DNA of 64,000 nucleotides from Octopus vulgaris (Eukaryota): NCBI GenBank assembly GCA_951406725.2, contig OX597816.1, positions 70,060,001 to 70,124,000 of the forward strand, read 5' to 3'. Shown piece by piece: positions 55,003 to 64,000 of this stretch (position 1 is its first letter; each line of letters starts with the position of its first letter). The notes under the pieces were generated by a model. It saw only the letters and a program-made list of their open reading frames with translations, ran no database searches and was not told where the DNA came from. The position numbers and the translations under genes were made by a program.

Positions 55003-55600
55003 ACTCAGGGTGGTGCGCGCAGGCGCATTGTCGTGATGAAACCAATATTCCTCCACCTTGGGACAGGTTGGGGATAAACACTTGAGAACTGCCTAGTAAA
55101 ATGTTTGGTTTACAATATGGCCAGGAGGCACAGATTCTCTGTTGAGAATTCCTTTCACACCGATGAAACAAATCACATCTTAAAATTTGACGCGCTTTTG
55201 GGGAGCGTGGTGACACTAAAAGCATCCAGTTACTTGATCGCTGCTTCCTTTCCGGGTCGTAGCCGTAGCACCAGCTTTCGTCACCGGGGATGACCTTCGA
55301 AAAAAGATCCGGATCAACTTTCAGCTGTTCTTTCAGTTCACGGCACGCATTCAGTCGTGACTGCTTTTGATCTTCAGTGAGCAAACGAGGTACACATTTT
55401 GCTGTAATTCTTTTCATTCGCAATTCCTCGTTCAGAATTTGTTGGCAGGAGCTCCAGGATGCACCATTGATCAAGTTCGTCAATTGTTCGGCGACGATCC
55501 TCCAAGATCAGGTCATGAACGAGAGTGGTCTTCAACCATTCCTAAAGCGTGAAAGCAACTCGTAAACTTGTGTTTCGCTCATGGCAGCATCCTTCTAAAC
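55003..55600 (-). mobile_element. Mariner transposase fragment
   Basis: LRMKRITAKCVPRLLTEDQKQSRL...KVIPGDESWCYGYDPE and HHDNAPAH. Confidence 0.9.
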
Positions 55601-56435
55601 TATTTGAAGCATGACATCTTTTTGTTCTTTCTTTTGTTTGTCATTTTGACTGCAGCCATGCTGGAGCAACGCCTTCAGTCGAATTGACCCCAAAACTTAT
55701 TCTTTGCTTAGTATTTATTCTCTCGGTTACTTTTGCCGATAGAATAAATATATATTAGTATTTATATAGGGAATATTCTGGGAAGACTTGTTCCAAATTT
55801 ATTGTCCATAAGTCTTTACATATAGTTATTCTTGGTAAAGTAATTTAGCATAAGGGACTCCCGCAGTAATATAACTTAGGTATGTTCAAAGAAAAGCGTT
55901 CGAAGATGTGAGTTGAGAAAATGAAACTTAGAAGAAACCCGAGACAAGAAACGAGCTTCGTGGTTGGGTTTAGGCAGTACATGTTCATTCAGATGTAAAT
56001 GCAATGAATAATGAAATTATCACAGTTGAAAGAGAAAATATAGTATCTTCCGCAGTTGCTTACGATCTAAGTTCTCTCTCAAGTATTAAAATATATGACA
56101 ATCACCGCTTTGATACCAGTTTTCTACAGTGAATCACACTTCATTGCACCCTTAAAAATAAAACCTTGCTTTTATTGGCAACAGATATTTTATTCAATAA
56201 ATATAAAATCACTAAGAAATACTTAATTAGAGTGCTTGGGTAGGCATATTGTTGTTGGCGCGGCTGTGTGATTAGAGGTTCACTCCCTACCCTTATGGTT
56301 CCCATCTCAACCCCTTTCACTGCGTGTTAAACTTGGGGAACAGTCTTTTACTATAGCCCGCGGGCAAATAAACTCACGTAACTAAATTTCGTTGCACGGA
56401 AGCTGAAAAATAATTTCGCATACACACACACACAC

Positions 56436-56474
<39 letters not shown>

Positions 56475-56642
56475 TACATATACATATACATATATTTGTG
56501 TGTGTTCAAATATGAATTAGAAGCACCATGAGGTATATAAACGAAGTCGAACACTCATACATCGACTTTTGCCTCGGCGGGTAACTTTCTAGGTGCAGAC
56601 TCCATCGTCACTCATTACCGAAAGTGGCCTTTACTTTTTACC

Positions 56643-56726
<84 letters not shown>

Positions 56727-56854
56727 TAAAAGCGGTAAGATAACAAAAGAAAGAAAGAGACCTCAATATTATGTAAATAGAGGAAATTTATCTATAAAAT
56801 AATATGTTACATTTACTCAATAGTCAAGATAAAACTCTGAGTTTCAGATGCCAA

Positions 56855-56960
<106 letters not shown>

Positions 56961-57014
56961 GCACACATATATGTATATGTATATAGATACAATACATACA
57001 CACACACACACTCA

Positions 57015-57048
<34 letters not shown>

Positions 57049-57431
57049 CACATGCATTCACACAAGCAAACGCCTTTTCGCACATATGTGTATTGCTGCG
57101 TTCAGCAGAAAAATGCTTAGTTCTGTTTTTCTGACTTCTTGCAAATAGATGTAAAGACATAATTCTTCTTCACAATAGAAGACAGTGAGTTTGTTCGCAG
57201 TAAATGTGACATCTCACTCTATGAAGGAAACATGAATATGGCCAATAACGCTTACTCCGAAATATTACAAGTGCATGTCCATTCAAATGAGGAAGTACTA
57301 TCTCTGTTCGAATGAAGTTTATTTGTGACAGCTGTTTGTATTTGTATTCATAGAAAAAAACTTAACTACATAACATTAGTATTTACCAACTGCAAGTTAT
57401 ACGGAGATACTGTCAAAAGTTTAAAGGTATC

Positions 57432-57486
<55 letters not shown>

Positions 57487-57810
57487 ATTCGATGGGTGAA
57501 TGAATTATCCTATGTTTACCGTTAACTTGGAAAATTCAATGAACCGTTACCAGGGTAGCAAATTCATGTCAGAAACTCAGTTGAAGCGACCTATCCAAAG
57601 GTAGAAACTCCGGGTTAATGTGCATTAATTTGTGTGTTGCAGATGAATAAATAAATAAATGGAGTTGAACGAAGATGTTAATAAAATTCCTTTACTTTCG
57701 ACATATGTTTCGAAGACAGCATGGTTTTATTCCAAAGGAATAAACGGTGTAAGCATGTAGGCAGCCATCGTAAATGTTATAATGTGTTGTTGTTGAGAGA
57801 GGTTCTCTTT

Positions 57811-57892
57811 CTTTCCTGATGAGAAGATTGCATCTTACACCGTTTATTCCTTTGGAATAAAACCATGCTGTCTTCGAAACATATGTCGAAAG
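57811..57892 (+). ncRNA. Type I hammerhead ribozyme motif
   Basis: CUUUC-CUGAUGA-gaagauugcau...augcugucuuc-GAAA-cauaug-UC-GAAAG: 5-bp stem I, full core, GUC site (predicted cleavage after 57887). Confidence 0.78.
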
Positions 57893-57926
57893 TAAAGGAA
57901 TTTTATTAACATCTTCGTTCAACACC

Positions 57927-58009
<83 letters not shown>

Positions 58010-58016
<7 letters not shown>

Positions 58017-58800
58017 TCCCATAGTTAAGGCAACCGATGTTTCGGGTTTTAATAACTATCAATAAATGTGATAAGATATGGAAATTATATATCATTATGA
58101 AATTTAGTGTGTCTTCTTTTTGTATCAGACTGAAGAAATTCAGATTTTTAAATTAGATCATGTTTATAGACCGAAATCACACCATCTTCTGATGGATTTT
58201 TAGGTTTGTTCAAAAGTTGTTTGGATCTAATTAAACGGTTTTCATGAATTGACCTCTCCTCATTATGTAACATTTGTATCTGATGTCATTATGCACATTT
58301 CAGATTGTTTTTTCTGACACCTGAGATGATTTTGCAATTGACCTCATTGATTTTCATGGTTTGTCTTCAATGTTTTGCTTAACTTCCTAAATAAATTCAG
58401 GTATCCTGATAGAATCAGAGCGTTTGGAATGCTTTTTACGTTTTGATACGTGTAATAAACTTCCATCTTCTTTTTCTAACTCACACCGAATCTTGTAGAC
58501 ATAAGATCTAGCAACTTTCAGAAAACGAGAAATGTCTAAATCACCATGCTTAGCCTTCGAAGCCACAATCACAGCATGCCTTTTCCTTTCATTAGTCAGC
58601 GTAGGGCCTATCATTGTTATTTTCTGAAATAGAAGTTCAATAAAAATTAGTCAAATAAAATAATGACTACAAATACATGTGTCCTCAAATACAGTCCATT
58701 ACTTGTAGTTCCAATCTTGTGATTGGGATGCTAGAATCTAGTAACAATCGCGCCAAAATTTCATGGGCTTTTGCCTAAATCAGAAACCAATTCATAGATG
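58010..58800 (-). mobile_element. Tc1/mariner-superfamily remnant (HTH region)
   Basis: ORF 58387-58614 RKRHAVIVASKAKHGDLDISRFLKVARSYVYKIR; the end follows (TA)n. Confidence 0.6.
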
Positions 58801-61153
58801 TCTAAGACGATATTTATTTCTTCATTTGTTAAAAAGATAAGGTTTCCCCGTTTTCTCTGGTCTGATAAGTTGTGCATTACTGTTCCTCACCAGATATGTT
58901 GGTGGTGGATTGTTTTTAACACAACAAATGTTGTTAGAGATCACCCCAACGAAAACACAGCTCGAAACGTTAGTTTTGCAATACTTGTGGTAAGTTCACT
59001 GAAATCTTTTTATTGGTTTTACTACGTTTATATATATAGGCGTAGGAGTGGCTGTGTGGTAAGTAGCTTGCTTACCATACACATGGTTCCAGGTTCATTT
59101 CCACTGAGTGATACCTTGAGCAACTGTCTTCTACTATAGCCTCGGGCCAACCAGAGCCTTGTGGATTTGGTAGACAGAAACTGAAAGAAGCCCGTCGTAT
59201 ATATGCATATATATATATGTGTGTGTATGTGTATGTTTGTGTGTGTGTGTGTATTTCTCCCATCAACATCGCATGCAGCGGTTTGGCATAAGATACCGAT
59301 AGAATATGTACTAGGCTTACAACGAATAAGTCCTGGGGTCGATTTGCTCGACTGAAGCTGGTGCTCCAGCATGGCCGCAGTCAAATGACTGAAACAAGTA
59401 AAAGAGAGAGTATGCACATGTGTGAGTATGTGAGAGTGTGTATGTGTATGTGTGTGTATGCGTGTGTGTGGAAGAGAAAGAGAATGTGTGTGTACCTACA
59501 GACGAATATATCTTTATGCTAATGTTTCTAACAAGCAATGTTATTGCAGGTGTAATATGAACATGTTCCACTCACATATCTTTCGACTCTATTCAGCTAT
59601 TTCTACTTTTACAGGGATCATTGACAAAAATAAAGGCTTTGTACTGCGTTTTTTAACCGCTATTTTATTTTTTGTATGTTATTTGATCAGCTTTATAAAT
59701 TACTGTAAGGGTCAAAGATAAAGTTTACGGCTGTATTCTGTTATTGTAGCCTATGTGCAACTACTATGTTAATTGCTATTTCATATGCTATTTTAAATGT
59801 TATAGGAATCAAAGATAAATTTATCGACTTTATTCTTGTAATTAAAGTGGTATATTATCCTTATTTTAATTCACCGGCCTTTTATTGATATACTATTATA
59901 CAGAAATATCCCTAGAGTGTGAATGCGAGGATGCCAGTTATCAGGGTGTTACTCTCACGAGCACTTGTTCGTCGGTTCGATATCCCGTCTAGGCGAAGCC
60001 TTGTGTTTTTTAGCAAAACACTTTATTTCATGTTGTTCTGCAGGTGGGAGAGTGACAAATTTGTTGGCGCATCGGCAGAAATGCTTTACGGTATATTTTT
60101 CGAAGCCCTACTACCTGAGTTCACATCCTACTTGCCTGGAGAATGCAGCAGTAAACTACAACAGTATCCATCCAAGGTCTAGTCATCTTAGCCGAATTTC
60201 CAATAATCCAGTTAAAGGTGATAGTATAGAACACAAGTGATCCCAGATGATACAGAGAGTGCTGAAGGGGTTTCACGTCCATAGGACGTGACCAAGCACA
60301 GACCACCACTTTAATAGATCCCTAGTTTATAATTTTTCTTTATTCAGTTCTTTAAATTATGATCCCATTCTGTGATTATTTACAGAAATTCTATATTTCT
60401 CTATATTCATAGAAAATCGATAGTAATTGTTATAGGCGTAAGCCATATGGCCCATATGTGGGCCACACCCAATTTTATTGAATTATATTGACAATTGTAT
60501 ATGTAATAGAATATCTGTACTTGGAAGCAACTAACGCTCCGTAGAAATTGTTCCGATGGTCTTTATATTGCTTTTCTTTGTCATCTGCATGAATAAAAGT
60601 TGTTCTTCAATGGTGATTTTTTTTCATTTTAATCAATTTCATATTCAGTGAATCACGTACATCATAAAAATAGTGTAGCCTTCAACAGGCGAAACAAAGC
60701 TCCGCAAAGGATGTATAAACAAATCCTAAGGACTATAAAAATTTCAGAGTTGTTTCTAATGCCTATACTCTATAGAATTATTGATGTTGAGTATGATTTT
60801 CGTCTTGGCATTAACTTTCATTAGATTAAAAAACTGCTTAATATATCAATTAAGCAACTTTACTATTCGACAAATGTTCAACATAGAAGTGTGTCCTATA
60901 TCAGTAACATTTTATGGAAACTAAATGACGCCATGAAAAAATTATAACTCAACTAGAATTTCATATTACTTGATATATTTGATATTATAAGCATGAATTT
61001 TATACAGATAAACTATAGAAGCACATCTGATATGCGAGTGTTTTTTGTCTATTTATATGTTCTCTTTAAAATCATTGCTTATAATATCGCATATCGATAC
61101 TGATTTTATTCAATGTATACTGTTTACAATTTACAAAGATCGAATATACTCCA

Positions 61154-61257
61154 TTAACATTTCATAAAAATACACTTCAAATAACCTGCGAAATCTTGAG
61201 GATATCCAGGTTTCATATGTTCTTTCTTGCATTTATTTTCACAAATTATTTTACCAC
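61154..61257 (-). CDS. Gene D, last coding exon: mature peptide (G)GKIICENKCKKEHMKPGYPQDFAGYLKCIFMKC*
   Basis: Acceptor TTTTCTAATTTTAG|GT at 61258/61257; C-x3-C-x18-C-x4-C; TAA at 61156-61154; AATAAA at 61110-61105. Confidence 0.88.
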
Positions 61258-62568
61258 CTAAAATTAGAAAATAAGTTGTCTTCATATCATTCTACGATGT
61301 TTAAAAATCAAGCAAAGATGCATCATACTGATATTGAAGCTACTACATTCATTCACTTCATCTCTTTCTTTGAACCTGGTTTACATCGTTTTTAGTACAC
61401 AGGTCAGCTTTCAACGTGGCCTTCGTTTACAATGGTTTGCCGTCGATCCATGTCTCTCTTTTTCTCTCTTGAATTTCCAAAATACCTACGCATGCCTCTC
61501 GCCCATTATTCATACCTATTTCGACATTGAACTTCATAATTATATTTCTATTACGGACTACACCAAATCGGTCAGTCTAACTGTTTTAATTTATATTAGA
61601 ATGTCGATGAAATCCATAAAGGAATTTAGGAACAAAGTTAACTCGCTGTACTCTAGTCATAAAATCCATATATACTATATACTCGAGAGACTTATTTCTA
61701 AGCAAATAATTTACTGACACATGACTTTATATCAATGACAGGTGTATTTCAGGCTTCTTTTAGACAGCGATTAATATTTTAGAAACTCTTATTGAGAGTT
61801 TGTTCATCTTTTTTAGAAAAGGATTCGTTTTATCAGAATTTATTTATAAGATCAGAAGAGACGTCCTTAATAATGTAGATGTTTCTGAGAAGACACAAAA
61901 GGGGAATATATTCTAGAGGCTAACATTTCTAACAAATATTGCACAAACAATTTTATACGGGGACTGAAGTTGTGACAGAAATATCATAGTGCTGACATAA
62001 GTTTGGATTGTATCTCCAACGACATCTATGGCGCCCAGTGATGCATGCGATCCTGTTCATTTAGAAATGCTTGAAAGGTAGGAGATCGTACTGGAGGTTA
62101 GTGCAGATGGAAATAAAGAAGTATATTTATAAATCATATTACATCAGTTTTGATATTGGTTAGATGTGATGGCAATAGTGTATGAGAGTGAAGCTGTTCT
62201 TCTTCGAATAAGAGACACTCATATTGGTTAGATTCCTGTAATGTAATATATTTATTGTGATTATATTTGTGTACGTATTCTCAGAGTATCAGAAAATACT
62301 CAAGAGTGTAAAAGAAACTGAGTGTTTACGTTGGATTCCGTTGTACATGTGATAGTGAGATTAATAATGAGAGCTTGATCTGTAGGAATTTATTGCTTAG
62401 TATAGATTCCATTAAAGACAAAATTATTGAAGTTCAATAAAGCAATGAACGATGATATTTGAGAGTCATGAAATTGGCAACGCCACCAGCATTAATTTGC
62501 ATTTAAGCAAAGGAAATTGATTGCAGATAGCTTCAAAAATTTAACGAATGAGATAATATATTTCTTAC

Positions 62569-62629
62569 CTTGGGTTAGGGCAGTCATCATTAATATTCCG
62601 ACGATGATAAGAAAGAATGTAGAATTCAT
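62569..62629 (-). CDS. Gene D, signal-peptide exon [20 protein letters not shown](G); spliced to 61257-61154 it gives a 54-aa secreted precursor
   Basis: TTTAACAG|GTTCAAC ATG (exon start 62636, ATG 62629); donor G|GTAAGA at 62569/62568; 1311-bp phase-1 intron. Confidence 0.88.
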
Positions 62630-62643
62630 GTTGAACCTGTTAA

Positions 62644-62740
<97 letters not shown>

Positions 62741-62908
62741 TGTATGTATGTATGTATGTATGTATGTATGCATGTATGTATGTATGTATGTATGTATATA
62801 TATATATGTATTTATATATATATATATATATATACATACATATATTCATACATACAAAAATACACACACACATACATACATACATACATACATACATACA
62901 TACATACA

Positions 62909-62945
<37 letters not shown>

Positions 62946-63289
62946 ATACATACATAGACACAGAAATTTATACACACATAGGTATGTAATTTGTATATAT
63001 GTATCCACGCACACACACACATACTCTGAAATTACCATATGCTCTTCCCTCGGGCGACTTCCTAGTGTCATCCGACAATACAAAAGACCTTGGAGCAATT
63101 GTTGATAACAATCTAAGCTGGAGTTCCCACGTAGCAGCACGGTTGACTTGGGCCGCACGATGTGCTCTTCGATTCTGAGAACTTTCTGGTCTAGAGATGC
63201 CTACACCATCATCCTTCTCTACTTTACCTTTTCGCGACCCCACCTTCCTGTTGCCCACTGTGGTCCCCCCCATATGAAGCAACTCATTA

Positions 63290-64000
63290 TGAAAGTAGAA
63301 GCTCAGTCATTAAGCTCAGTGATATCGCTATTTGTTTCAGTGGCTATTAGTTCTGTGATGGCTAGGTTTATGCTGTTTATAATTGATGTTGTTTTTTTGT
63401 CTATTTTGATTTTTGGGAGGTATGGTCGGTGGTCCATTTTTAGATCTGTGTTTTTCAGTTCTTTGATTATTCTACTTTTTATAGTATCATAATCATTAGG
63501 CTCCCCTTCGTTGTTCCCAGGTTTTAGATTTGTGTCACTTTCTTTCTCATTCGTATGTTTGTCTGTCATGTTTTGTCTTGCTGCTTGTCGTGCATTATTA
63601 TGCATCCTTACGGTTTGGGTTTGTTTACATCGCTTTTGTTGGAAATGTTACGTTTGTCTTCGTGTTTTCTGTCTCAGTGTTCATATTATTTGGCATTGTT
63701 GTGCGGCTTCTATCTACATTTTCCTGGTGTATTTTTTTCTTTTAAATGTTCTATATCTATTTCTGATATTTGTCTGCGTTAAGAATATATCTTCGTACGT
63801 AAACTAGTTTATTAGGGTTCATTGCTGTATCCAAGTCTTTATTTATGTTATTTTTCTTCCATATTTTATATGTATATGTTGTTGTGTTTTCGTTCTTTGG
63901 GTAGAGCACTGCTGTAAATTAAGCGTGTACGATTGAAATGTATTCCTCACGTATCCATTTATGCCTTTTTGGTTTTATTTGCGGGACATGACGAACAAAG
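63290..64000 (-). mobile_element. N-terminal ORF region of an R4/Dong-like non-LTR retrotransposon, degenerate
   Basis: EYISIVHA*FTAVLYP...YKIWKK...NKLVYVRRYILKRRQISEIDIEHLK and RPYLPKIK...DITELN resemble R4-clade N-termini. Confidence 0.6.

Overview
AT-rich, microsatellite- and transposon-dense eukaryotic DNA. The SINE families and repeat content point to an octopus (coleoid cephalopod) genome; this is inference. Almost all ORFs in the supplied track are microsatellite or repeat artefacts. The main signal is invisible to the ORF track: a minus-strand tandem array of paralogous spliced genes for small secreted cysteine-rich peptides. Each has a short signal-peptide exon (e.g. [21 protein letters not shown]), a phase-1 intron and a hypervariable mature exon with a C-x3-C-x18-C-x3/4-C framework. 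I find 4 signal exons (17.6, 29.4, 48.4, 62.6 kb) and 7 mature exons (8.6, 9.2, 14.4, 27.1, 42.1, 43.8, 61.2 kb). Two genes are intact (54 and 57 aa); the rest are damaged or orphaned. One recent duplicate pair differs only at amino-acid-changing codons, a toxin/AMP/pheromone-like pattern. Also present: a Transib-like element with a RAG1-like C-terminal remnant and RSS-like asymmetric ends, a 360-bp hairpin-containing tandem array with an internal inversion, hammerhead ribozyme motifs, and mariner/Tc1, Penelope, R4/Dong-like, Helitron and SINE remnants.
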